Shown here: in pieces, positions 24,916 through 35,907 of the stretch
Numbering within the stretch: the stretch's first letter is position 1
Layout of the letters: the number at the start of each line of letters is the position of its first letter
Position numbers and translations under genes: made by a program
Source of the DNA: Bugula neritina
Lineage: Eukaryota; Animalia; Bryozoa
Assembly (NCBI GenBank): GCA_964035545.1
Contig: OZ037770.1
Coordinates: 1,302,001-1,366,000, forward strand
Length of the DNA stretch: 64,000 nucleotides
Reading direction: 5' to 3'
The notes under the pieces: generated by a model
What the model was told of the DNA's origin: nothing
The model's database searches: none
The model's input: only the letters and a program-made list of their open reading frames with translations

Positions 24916-27097
24916 GCCTGTTTGTGTGTCTGTCTGTCTGTCTGCCTGTTTGTGTGTCTGTCTGTCTGTCTGTATGTATGTATGTTGGCTGTGTTCATGA
25001 CTATTTTATTGTCAATATAGAAAAAATATTTTATTTTTCTCAACTTGTCAATATTTGCTAACATTATTTGGAATATTTTAGTCAGTTTTTATGTGACCCA
25101 ATATTTTATAGTTTCGAAAATGTATCTTTTGCAGAGCAAATAGTGGCTAAAACAATGTTAGTTGTGCATTGAGTAGTTTGCTTCGCTTCAGTTAGTACTT
25201 ATGAACTTGAATGCTATTGAAAGAAATCTCAAGGAATCTCATGTTTTCTCCTTCTGTCAGAGATGCATAAACAGATTCTGGAACTGGAGAGAACAATAAT
25301 ACAGACTAAAAAAGAGAAGCACAAGTGGTTAGACTACAAGAACGTAGGCAGCATACAGCGGCAGCAGCAGATTGAACTCTTAGAAAAGGAGATCAAAGAC
25401 ATGGAACAAAGTTATGTAGAAATATCAGGTAAGTTATTAGTTAGCAATTATCAGTTTAGACTTTAGTAGTTATTAGTTGGTAATAATTAGGTCATAAGTT
25501 ACTAGTCACTAGTTATTTGTTACTAGTTAATCATTATTAGTTTAAATTAGTTATTAGTCGCCAGTTGTCAGTTATCAGTTATTATTGTAATTAGTGGACA
25601 TTTAGTTACGATTCCAAATTTTGGAATTGAAAAAGAGTGTTATAACTAATTTACAACTAAACTTAATACCACAGAATCAATTAATAATTATTTTTATAAC
25701 CAGCTAACTTTAAAGTGCTGAAAAATGTTTATACTTTAATTTTGCAACGTCTGGAGGCATAATTATTTGTAAATCAACTGTGAGCTGTATTTTAAGTTTT
25801 CCTTATTTATGATGCACCGGATATTGGATAGTTTACATGTACAGCTTGAGATTAGAGAATAGACAATGCTGTACACAGTAAATCAAGTACATCAACAATT
25901 TATAGGCAAATCATAATTTATATTTACATTGATCTGTCTTCCCTTTCTTGTAGAGCACCTCTCAAGGAACTTAGAAATATCCCGGGAGAGAATTGAAGAG
26001 CACCTTGACAAGACTTTAGACACCGAGAAGCACCACGCCTCAGAGGTCAGTGCTTGTCCTTGAAGACATCATTGGATGCTGTCATCTGTTAAAAAACACC
26101 ATTAGATAGTGCTGCATTCCGTGAGATCACATGAGTAAATCTGGTGTTGATTATAATTTTTTCAATGAACTTCTGTGTAAGCTGATGAAATTTATAGTAT
26201 CTTGCGTGTAATTTCTTGTTGTAATTTGAATTTGATGTTATTCTATCAGATAAGAGATGTTTTGAGTAAAATGGAGTAAATTTATAATATTTTTTGAGTT
26301 AGACATTACCTTAACACTGCTTTGGACACAATATACTAATTCCAACAATTTTCTGTGATGTAGAAAGCAATGGCCACTCTGGATAAGAAAGGCAGGCAAG
26401 AAGTTCTGGACAATGATTGGATGAAAGTTGAGGTAAATTAACCAATCAGAAATTTTGCCCGGCTTATGAAGATCTAAACTTCCTAAAACTAAATTTTTGT
26501 ACTTCTACTAAAATGTGAATTAATAGTCAGCATTCAAATTGCGTTGAATACTGGACGACGTTGCTTCAAGGCTAGACGAACATATGAGGGCATAACTCCA
26601 GTTGTGCAGATTTGAGCACTCTTTAAGCGACCCACATTAACTAAATTTTCAGGTTTGCTGCAGCTTGTTTTGATAAATGAAAATTGCAGACTGAAGTATT
26701 TATATTGACAATGTTCTTTTGGCTGCGAATTTTAACTTTAAATGAATTTTAATTGTGGAAGTTTTAGTGTGGAGTGGAGAGGTGAGTTGGTTAGTGTAGC
26801 TGGGTCCACTTTATTCAATATATTATTATCATAAGACTGTTGTGTTTAAAAAGATTTTTTTTGTTTAAAAAGACTTATATAGTAACTGGATAGAAAGTTA
26901 TCAAAACTAATATTTGGTAATTTGCAATGTGTAGGTATTGAGATACGAGAAACAGTGCGATGAGATCTTGGCTGAAGTTGAAGAGATTGAAAGAGAGAAT
27001 CTGGCTCTCATGTCTGAACTGTTTGAGAACAATGTTAATATTCTCAAAATCACTCGGTGAGTTGATTCTGTGACCTGTTGAAACTATTACTAACTAG

Positions 27098-27190
<93 letters not shown>

Positions 27191-27219
27191 CACTACCACT
27201 ACCACTACTACTACTACCA

Positions 27220-27257
<38 letters not shown>

Positions 27258-27258
27258 G

Positions 27259-27305
<47 letters not shown>

Positions 27306-28264
27306 GTACTACTACTACTACTACTGCTGCTGCTACTGCTAGTGCGACTGCTACTACTACTACTAGTGCGACTGCTACTACTAAAAGTATGTATATTTTC
27401 AGAGGCTTGTTTCTCACTCAATTTGAAGATTCGGAAAGTCTCAGAGATGGTGGAATTCTCGAAGTTGATCTCAAACAGGTGGGGTAATAACTTAGTCATT
27501 GTTTTAAATAGACTTCCATATTGCTGTCATGTTAACTGATGATCCACACTCTATGCGTGTTTCTAGGTTTCTCTATTAAACCGGGACACTGATAAAGTTA
27601 CCCAACCTCCTCTGAAAGCTGCTTCGTCTGATGAACAGGACTCTGAAGAAGAATATTTCGGTCAGCCATTTTGTTTCACTCTATTTCCTGTTGTGATCAT
27701 GACACGTTGTAATATTACTCGCTGAAACTCTCACTCACGCAAGTTTATAGTTGCTATTCTTGTGAGAAACCCCTGATGGAGAGGGTTTTTTAGAACGACC
27801 TAAGGACTTGTTTAAATGAGGCACAGGAGCAATTATGACAGAATGCTCTTCCTAACATCACCAATGGCCTTTGTCCGGGCTCGAACCCATGACCTTCGTG
27901 TTTACTAGGCAAACGCTCTAACCCCTAGACCACAGCTGCTCCCTTACTCTATCATAATCATGTATGTTTGTTTGTCTGATTCACAGATGAGTACTATGAC
28001 GATGAACCCTTGACCCCCACCAGCGATACCGAAGATCCTTTCAATAATTACTACAACTTTCAAGACGAAGACATCACGGAGTACTTGAAGCTGGGTCCGT
28101 TGCAACTCAAACTGCTTACTATTAGTGGTGAGCAGAAACCGATCTACGTGCAGGGAAGTAGCTCTAAAGCAGAAATACAGGCTAGAGAGTTCAACCCTGC
28201 TGATTGGCCGGTTACTCAGCCAATGATGAAGTCTGTTACAACACCTAGACCTAATGTATATTGA
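23708..28264 (+). CDS. CCDC83: Coiled-coil domain-containing protein 83, 421 aa
   Basis: Exons 23708-23820, 24169-24253, 24705-24873, 25261-25428, 25954-26045, 26364-26432, 26935-27056, 27403-27478, 27567-27660, 27987-28264 (1266 nt). MPPKKK basic N-terminus; WLDYKNVGS, DNDWMKVEV and ENLALMSELF..LKITR match my recollection of CCDC83. Confidence 0.88.
24885..24984. repeat. (TGTC)n microsatellite
   Basis: Starts 12 nt after the donor at 24874. Confidence 0.93.
27093..27382. repeat. (ACT)n microsatellite filling a CCDC83 intron
   Basis: About 95 ACT/ACC/GCT units in intron 27057-27402. Confidence 0.97.
27727..27943 (-). mobile_element. tRNA-derived SINE, family 1
   Basis: Reverse complement begins GGGAGCAGCTGTGGTCTAGGGGTTAGAGCG..GGGTTCGAGCCC; same body and tail as 38811-39009. 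Confidence 0.88.
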
Positions 28265-29063
28265 CACAGGAGCTCTGATTGGTTGAAAATAACAGCAACT
28301 AATTAACTTGTGAGTAAAGTTGAAGAAGCTTTCAATGAGTAGTGCCTTTTTGTAAACAAACTTTTGTGTCTACAACGTTCTAAAGTCAGTGCTGTCGAAG
28401 ATTGTTTTCAACATGATATGCCTTAGTATATGAAGTGCTTCATTATGAAATAATAACTACTTTTTTATTTTGATATCCGTAATGTTTTATATATAAACTT
28501 ATTTTAGTACATTATTTCTATTTATTGCCTTTTTTATTATTGCTGCCTGATTGTTTATAAATAACTCAAACTGACAGCTTGCTCTAATTTATTCAATTTA
28601 TGAGTTCAACAAAACAATAAAATGATAAAAATTAATACAATTAGAAATAGTCTTTTATTATTTTAAAGAAATAGGATTCAATGAAAAAAAGCAATTTGTT
28701 TTGGGTCTTTATTTAGGTATTAGTATCTAGTATTATGCAATCAATATAATTCTATAATCCATATACTAATTTAGCATAAGAAAATGGTTAGAAGACTTTA
28801 GGCTGACAACTCCAAATGTTGAAAAAATAAGTTTATAAATATTTCAACATGCAATAATCTTGAAGTAACAAAAACATATGACTGCCAACAGCTAGTTTCA
28901 TTTGTCAAGAACTATTTTTATTACTTTAAAGCAAATTGCATTCTCCACAAATGCAAGTTTGTAGAGAAGTTGTGTTATCCAGAAATTATTAATCAGCTCT
29001 GTAAACCTTATGCTGCAAGTTATAAATGACGTGTGTTCTGTGAAAGTAGACAGTTGCTACTAG

Positions 29064-29173
29064 AAAAATAATTTTACTCCAACTAGGATTCAAACCCGAG
29101 ACCTCTGGCTTGCAAGCAAATGTGCTAACTATTACACCATTGAGACCACTTGGTAAACCCATCACTACACAAC
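29064..29173 (-). mobile_element. Short tRNA-like SINE, family 2
   Basis: Reverse complement matches 8908-9014, including the GGTTTACCAAGT leader and AAAATTATTTT end. Confidence 0.8.
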
Positions 29174-29372
29174 ACGTATTGTGTTTAACTTATATAAGTG
29201 GTAAATAAAATCGGACTTTCACAAATTATAAATAAAAGCAAACCTCTTCAAAAATACTTTATGCGAAGGGTATACTTTCTTCATTAGTACTTTATCTATT
29301 CTAATTTGTCTGAGTTATTTTTGCAAAAACCTCTGGGCTTAAATTGTTTTAATTAAATATCTACATAATTAC

Positions 29373-29545
29373 TGTCATAGTTTAATTAGGCTCGCTAGTG
29401 ACACGGCCTGCGCGTGCGTGTCACGGGTCAGATGCTGGTTTTACATGTGCTAATAAAGTCTTCAGTTCTTGTCTCAATCTAAACTTCGCAATGATTTCAA
29501 TATCCTAATACTTAATACTAATAGCATCACATAGAATGTGTGACA
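29373..29545 (+). repeat. 5' LTR
   Basis: TG...CA with TGTCA/TGACA terminal inverted repeat; internal AATAAA and a GTGACACG/CGTGTCAC hairpin. Confidence 0.96.
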
Positions 29546-29561
29546 TGGCGTCGTAGAATGG
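29546..29561 (+). other. tRNA primer-binding site
   Basis: TGGCGTCGTAGAATGG directly after the 5' LTR (TGG complements tRNA CCA). The primer tRNA is not identified. Confidence 0.8.
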
Positions 29562-29920
29562 TCTGGACCTGTCCGGAGATTTAAACAACCGATAAGTTCA
29601 TAACAAGTTGTAGCATCTAATGTATCAGAGAGAGGTCGATTGCCTATTCCCATTGGACTCGTTTATTTAACCTTACGCCTACAGATGAATTAAATAGGAA
29701 AACGTGTTTAATAGAATATTAAAATAATATTCATTCGTGATATTGTTTTTTTTTACTAGTCCTTACTGGCGATTTCATGTTATATATAATATTACCTGAT
29801 GCATAGATGTCTGATATTGTTGTATTAGCTGAATTTTATACGTTTCATTTTTAGGCTAACTGATAGTTTGTTTCTTCGTGTGTGAACATTTGTCTTAGCA
29901 CTAGACGGTTGGTTGCTAAA

Positions 29921-30079
29921 ATGGGGGACTTTCTGAGGCCACCTGGGGAGCTAGATTTTACTGATACGCAAAAATCATGGCCGGAGTATAAAACAAGGTT
30001 TGCTAGATATAGGATAGCATCTGGGTTGAGTGAAAAGTCTGCGGAGAGACAGGTGAATATGTTGATTTATTCCAATTAG
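29921..30079 (+). pseudogene. gag: Truncated gag N-terminus
   Basis: MGDFLRPPGELDF....WPEYKTRFARYRIASGL...SAERQVNMLIYS is typical of a Gypsy gag start; it stops at the deletion junction. Confidence 0.85.
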
Positions 30080-31023
30080 AAGGTTCGTACTATCTTCTCG
30101 TGGTGGATTACCTATCAAAGTGGCCAGTAGTTAGATCTCTAGGCTCTGACACGTCGAGCAAGAGGGTTATACACTGCTTGCGAGAAATCTTCGTGGACTT
30201 CGGCCGGCCAGAAGTGCTTGTGTCTGATAATGGTCCGCAGTTCTCTAGTTTCGATTTTAAGCTTTTTTGCAGTAACCAAGGAATAACACACCGTACAAGC
30301 TCGCCACTTCATCCAGCGGGAAATGGACAAGCTGAGAGAACTATCGGAACGGTGAAAAGCATGATGAAAAAGTGTCTGCAGGAAAGTGGTGATTGGCTGC
30401 AGGGCCTGGCAACTATTAGGAATACTCCCGTAGCAGAAGGGTTGCCCTCCCCCAGTGAACTTTTGCAGGGACGGGTATTGCGAGATGACCATCCCGTCCA
30501 GTCCACTAGATATCAAGTAGCTGCCTATGATGTTGACAAGGTAAGACGTGTTTTAGGCGACCGTAAGAGTCGTGATAAATATTTCTTTGATAGACATGCT
30601 AAGCCAGAGAAATCCCTGTTGCTCCCAGGGCAACAAGTCCACATACGCACTGCTAAGGGTGACTGGAGGGTAGGTGAAATTGAAGGCATTGCTAATGATA
30701 GGTCTTACTGGGTAGATTCGTCTAGTAACAGACTTCGACGAAATAGAAAAGACATACGCTGTACAGCAGTGAATCGACAAAACCACAAGGTAAGTCAGAA
30801 GCCTTTTATAGAGGTAGATCCAGCGGTGAGTACAGGTAGGGAAAATGTTTTGGCACAGTTTAGAGATCAGCCAGTTTTTCCACCGGGCGGCTCTAATGTT
30901 CAGTCTGACAATATAGCATCATCCTCGCCTGAGGGTGAAGTAAGTTCTCCAAGTGTGTTCACACGGTCTGGACGCCGGACACAAAAGCCCAAATGGCATG
31001 ATGATTATCATGTTTATAAATAA
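30061..31023 (+). CDS. Retroviral-type integrase core and C-terminus (no native start codon)
   Basis: VDLFQLEGSYYLLVVDYLSKW..LVSDNGPQF..SSPLHPAGNGQAERTI (D,D,E triad), IRNTP..SPSELLQGR, C-terminal TRSGR..KPKWHDDY; uninterrupted ORF. Confidence 0.9.
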   Translation, partial: VDLFQLEGSYYLLVVDYLSKWPVVRSLGSDTSSKRVIHCLREIFVDFGRPEVLVSDNGPQFSSFDFKLFCSNQGITHRTSSPLHPAGNGQAERTIGTVKSMMKKCLQESGDWLQGLATIRNTPVAEGLPSPSELLQGRVLRDDHPVQSTRYQVAAYDVDKVRRVLGDRKSRDKYFFDRHAKPEKSLLLPGQQVHIRTAKGDWRVGEIEGIANDRSYWVDSSSNRLRRNRKDIRCTAVNRQNHKVSQKPFIEVDPAVSTGRENVLAQFRDQPVFPPGGSNVQSDNIASSSPEGEVSSPSVFTRSGRRTQKPKWHDDYHVYK

Positions 31024-31141
31024 AGCTCTGCGGCTAGCCTGTCCTGAACAACCTCTCCGGCTATAGTCTAATGTTTTGTATAAGTGTTTAGTTTAGTATT
31101 TGTCTGTCTTAATTTTTAGTTTTGTTTAATTAATATCCCCT

Positions 31142-31153
31142 AAGAAAGGGAGA
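31142..31153 (+). other. Polypurine tract
   Basis: AAGAAAGGGAGA immediately before the 3' LTR. Confidence 0.88.
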
Positions 31154-31326
31154 TGTCATAGTTTAATTAGGCTCGCTAGTGACACGGCCTGCGCGTGCGT
31201 GTCACGGGTCAGATGCTGGTTTTACATGTGCTAATAAAGTCTTCAGTTCTTGTCTCAATCTAAACTTCGCAATGATTTCAATATCCTAATACTTAATACT
31301 AATAGCATCACATAGAATGTGTGACA
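31154..31326 (+). repeat. 3' LTR
   Basis: Identical to the 5' LTR on visual comparison. Confidence 0.96.
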
Positions 31327-31859
31327 ATTACTATGTAAAAGTATTTTCAATTGACTATAATTAATGAAAATTATTGCATAAGATGGCAGATATTTCAGTT
31401 TTTATACTTAATATTCTGATTTTGTGCATTCAGTATACGTACTATATCATATTGAAGTTATTATACCAGTGATAAAAACCTTAAACCGACACATTGACAC
31501 CATATAGCAAACTGCGTGATGCAGCAGCAATATTATGCACTCTGCAGTATAGCAAATTACAGAAAATAGTTTGCAAAATATTTTTTTCTTTTATTTGCTT
31601 GCATTTGCATTAAGGTACTTTTTTTACAAGGGGAACAGGTGCAACCAATAGAAAAACTACTTTTATTGAAATTTTCATTTATCAAATATTATTGATTTAT
31701 TATTTGCAACTTTACACAGCTGAACCTGATTACCAAACAAAATTGCACTGAAACTAAATCTGTAACACAAAGTAGCTTTTAAAAGTAATCAAATCTCATT
31801 GGTGGAATTGCTTCATGTCAAACACACAACAGTGTTCCAGCAGATGACCTTGTAGGAGG

Positions 31860-34800
31860 TCACATGATGTCTAAGTTAATGTTCTTCTTTGCATTGGCAA
31901 GTCGGCCATTGATGTTGTATGATGACGCGGTGAACTTTGTCCTGCATGTCTCATTCAATACTTGCTGGGCAGGTTTGGTGGGCTCTGGAGTTGTCACCAC
32001 GTAGTCGTAGTTGATAGCCAGTGCCTCCTATAATGTAATTATAATAAGTTTGAGATTGATAGCCAGGGCCTCCTATATTAATCAGTTGTTTGTTAAGATA
32101 TTAGCCTAAGTTGTAATTTTCAGTCTAAAACAAAATTAAAATGCAGCAGAATGCTTTCAGCAAAGTAAATTAATTTTTGATGTTCGGGCATATAATTATA
32201 GAAAACACTCATTTAATTCAAGAGCAAACGCATTTTTGAACTATTATATATAACAAAGAGAGGAGGGAGCGCTTACCCATCCTCCAAGATCTTTGATAGC
32301 GAGTTGAATCCCGGGCTCATCCAGCAGTTTAATACAGCAGCTGATTAGCAGAAGAACCAGATTCTCGTCAATAGTCTGAGTTAGCAGAGGATCTACTAGT
32401 CTGGATACACACCTCTGAGTCACCAGCAAACACTAAACACAACAATTAAAATATATATTATGGTTTACTTTATTATTAAAATTCAAATTAAAACAAAAAG
32501 AAAGTTTTCCTGCATGTTCATTTTTCAGTATACTTGAAAGTGTTCAAATAAAGATAATGATGTTCAACAGTTATTTTTCAAAATATTTGAAAATGTATTA
32601 TGTATTTAGGAAAAGTGTGTCTGATATAATTAAGCGTATATAATGTGTGGTTCCAATTAACAGCTGACTTTGAAACGAAATGTAATCTATAGACTGTTGC
32701 AAAGATATTAGAAAAGTGTAAAAATAGAAAAATCTATGTTTTGTAATTAAGTTTTGACTCTCTCCTTAACCAAAACCTATTAAATGCATTTGGAATTTTT
32801 CTAATGCACAATCTATATAATGTATGTAGTATGTAGTATGTAATACCAACTAGCAGTACGCTGTTCCACTGGAAGGTGGTGTGTACCCAGAAGAACTCTT
32901 TCATGATTCTCTTGAACAACCTGAAGTACTTCTCAGTCTGACTCTGTGAGTCAATTGGCCCGGGAGTAGTAAACTTCTCCAGCATCAGATCTGTGATCTT
33001 CTCAACTACCAGATTGGCACTTATGTTTCTCTTTATTTCAACCTCTGTATTCAAATCATAATAATTCAATAACTGATCAAACTATTCAACTAATAGTGCT
33101 ATACTGTATTTTTATTTTTATTTATATTCTCTTCCATAATGTGTTTTTAAGCTGCTTTTTAAAGCTTATTGGATAACTCGAACATTTCTGTACCAACTAT
33201 CTAAAATAAATTTGCCTCTACCGGGATTCGAACCCGAGACCTCCGGCTTGCAAGCATGCAAGTGCGCTAACCATTACACCACAGGGACCTATCACTACAC
33301 CAACTATCTAAAATAGCTATATCACATCAAATTGCATATGTTGCTCTAGTTGTTACAAGCCTACATGCATAATGGTGAGAACTATAATAGTAGTTTTACC
33401 ATTTGCCATAAACTCATTTGTGTCAATATTATACATAAAATTTGCAAATAACAAACTTGAAATACATCCTATTCGATCTATACTCAAAAATTCACAATAT
33501 ATTATGCTTTATAACTTACTAAACTTACTAACCAAACTGTATAAATGCATGAAATGTTTTACTAAGAATACAATGAGATTGTATTGAACCAAATTGAAGT
33601 TATAGTTCAACAACTTTTAAAGTTCATCTGGTTATGGTTCAAGCAATGTTTAACTTCTAACCATCCTTTTACTATATTGTTATAGTCAGACATTTTTGGA
33701 GTTGTATTCTTACCAAACTTGCTCATCTCGTGACATAACTCCGTATCCCGGAGATCATTGCACGATGGAAGTCCAGAAATTATTTCATCGGGTAATCTAC
33801 TCCTCGTCCTGAAATGATGCCACATGATATACCACAATGCAATTTCAAATATACCTTGTAAAATAATTGGCTCCACTGGGAATCAAACCTCAGACTTCTA
33901 AGTTGCTAAATTTATCCAGTGACCTCTGTGACGTTATGGCTAGTGCATCAGCTTAAAAAGCTGGAGCTCGTGGGTTCGACTCCAAGCTAGGGGGGGGCAA
34001 AATCATTTTATAAGCTGATTTGCCTCCTTGGATTTAAACCTTATTGTAATGCTAAGTTTACCCAGTGGTGCCCGTGGTGAAATAGTTGGCACACTTTCTT
34101 GCAAGCCAGAGGTCTTGGGTTCGATTCCCAGTGGAGGAAAAATTATTTTCACTTATGACACTATAGTAAGCGCTATAATAAAGTATCAAACCACCAAGAG
34201 GGAACACTGTTATAATTAGTAAATATGCAAGATCAACTTACTGTAACGATATGCATGAAATAACTACGTCTGCAGTGGAGAGAACAACTTCTCGTCTCAC
34301 AACTGTAAAATTTGATTTTGATGGAATTTATACACAGATGTCTATAATTATTAAATGTTTGAAAACTGCTTATCAGAAAACACTCTTTCAAAAGCAGTAA
34401 AAATTCAGAGGCACATTATAGCCATCAGGTAATTGTCAATCAATAGTGAATCCCAAATATAGGCCTTTTTATTGTTCATCAGTTTTAATCAAAATAGAAA
34501 TTTTCAGATAGTGATTGCAATAAAAGTACATAATTACCAGATCACAATGAAGCTTGTTAGTTTAATCTTCTAATATTTTATAAGTATAATAGCTAGTAAG
34601 AAAATTCTTAAAACTGCTATATATATATTCAGTTATATAGGTGTATTTCATTTCATTATAGTTTTGATTTTTATGCTTCATGAGGTAAGTGCAGTATTTG
34701 ATAGACTGAAAAACGCCTTGTTTCTATTATGAAAGTTTAGGAAACAATTAACCTAACTTTTTTCTTAACAAAGTCACAGATTTTGAGCTAGAAAAGCTTT

Positions 34801-35155
34801 TTAATTATTGCACTTTATTCTCTTTCACAGCCATATAGGTTACAAGTTTTGTTTACATTGAATTTATTCACATCTAAAATTATATTGTTTAGGCTTTCAC
34901 TAATTTAGTGTATGGAAACTTTAATTTGACAGCTAAACTTGACGTGCATTAAACTGAAAACTTAGTGAAACCTGAAGGCTCTTGTTTGATCTCAACAGTA
35001 GATGGAGTCAAGGATTTAATCTTCTGAGCTTCCAAGTCCCCGGAGAGGTCGCTGAAAGACTCAAAAGTCCCTGCTGTGCTTTTTTCAGTCGAGTTCATTT
35101 TGCTGCCATTTTCAATGTTTGCTTCAGAAGATTTAGTTTTGCTTTCCAGTTCCAT
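31860..35155 (-). CDS. Divergent Bcl-2 family protein B (BOK-like), 285 aa, no C-terminal TM
   Basis: Exons 35155-34972, 34302-34242, 33808-33714, 33044-32851, 32432-32277, 32027-31860 (858 nt, in phase). BH4-like LSTADVVISCISLQ, BH3-like LCHEMSKFE, BH1-like FQWNSVLLCLLV, BH2 AIKDLGGW. Confidence 0.78.
33209..33298 (-). mobile_element. Short tRNA-like SINE, family 2, with a 17-bp flanking direct repeat
   Basis: A and B boxes on the minus strand; ACCAACTATCTAAAATA at 33192-33208 and 33299-33315. Confidence 0.85.
33920..34009 (+). mobile_element. Degenerate tRNA-like SINE, family 2-related
   Basis: GTGACGTTATGGCTAGTGCA..GTGGGTTCGACTCC..AAAATCATTTT. Confidence 0.55.
34044..34149 (+). mobile_element. 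Short tRNA-like SINE, family 2
   Basis: AGTTTACCCAGTGGTGCCCGTGGTG..CTTGCAAGCCAGAGGTCTTGGGTTCGATTCCCAG..AAAATTATTTT. Confidence 0.8.
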
Positions 35156-35907
35156 TTTGTGTCACCGGTTTATGAAAAACTCACAACAACTGCTGAAAAA
35201 GTTTTGGCTAGAAATAATTAAAATTGTTGAAATTGCTTGCATATTTGTTAAATAACATATTACTTTTATTGCTATAAATATATGAAATAATTATTGTAGT
35301 GAGGTTAATATATATCTCTTGTTAATTTCAATAGTCATTTTTACTCAGTTTACTCTGAGCTGTATCCTTCTTTCTAGGTTACAAAAATTTTAAAAGAACT
35401 ATTTTTTGCTAAGCAAATTGTGAGTCTCTTAGATTGCAATTTTATTGTTCACTTATATAGCTGGTTATTTTAAAATCTTTAGGGTCGAGTAAAAATATTA
35501 TTGAATTTATTGTATTGTACCATACATGTGAAGTAAAAACATCAAAATTTTAGGGCTGCATATTTCTTAATAATATGGTATTGCCATTGCCAGTGTTATA
35601 TGCAATAACATGTTCATTCTATAATATAATTGTTGAGAATACAATTGCAGCTCAAAACTTTGGATATGTCAGTGTCACGCCTTTAACACTAATTATTCTA
35701 AAGGTAAATCTTTAACTGAGGAAATTGAGTTTATGTCAGCACCTGTTTATTTAGGTAACTCAATTACAACAAAATAAAAAATAGCCATAAACTAAAAGTA
35801 CAGATAATGGTTCATTGCAGTTTGTATGACTATCATTTTTTACTCAGCTTTATGAGTCATCATTAGAATTTTTATAAATCATATCTATGATTGATATCCA
35901 TGACTCA

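Larger units (their letters stand above)
29373..31326 (+). mobile_element. Internally deleted Ty3/Gypsy-type (Mag-like) LTR retrotransposon, 1954 bp
   Basis: Identical 173-bp LTRs (TGTCA...TGACA) at 29373-29545 and 31154-31326; 5-bp TSD ATTAC at 29368-29372 and 31327-31331; PBS and PPT present; gag N-terminus joined to the integrase core; no protease, RT or RNase H. Confidence 0.96.

Noticed and set aside
27050-27539. Poly-Thr and poly-Val ORFs
   Set aside because: Same artefact; (ACT)n fills CCDC83 intron 27057-27402
30139-30786. Minus-strand ORFs of 125, 65 and 77 aa
   Set aside because: Antisense shadows of the integrase ORF with no recognisable motifs
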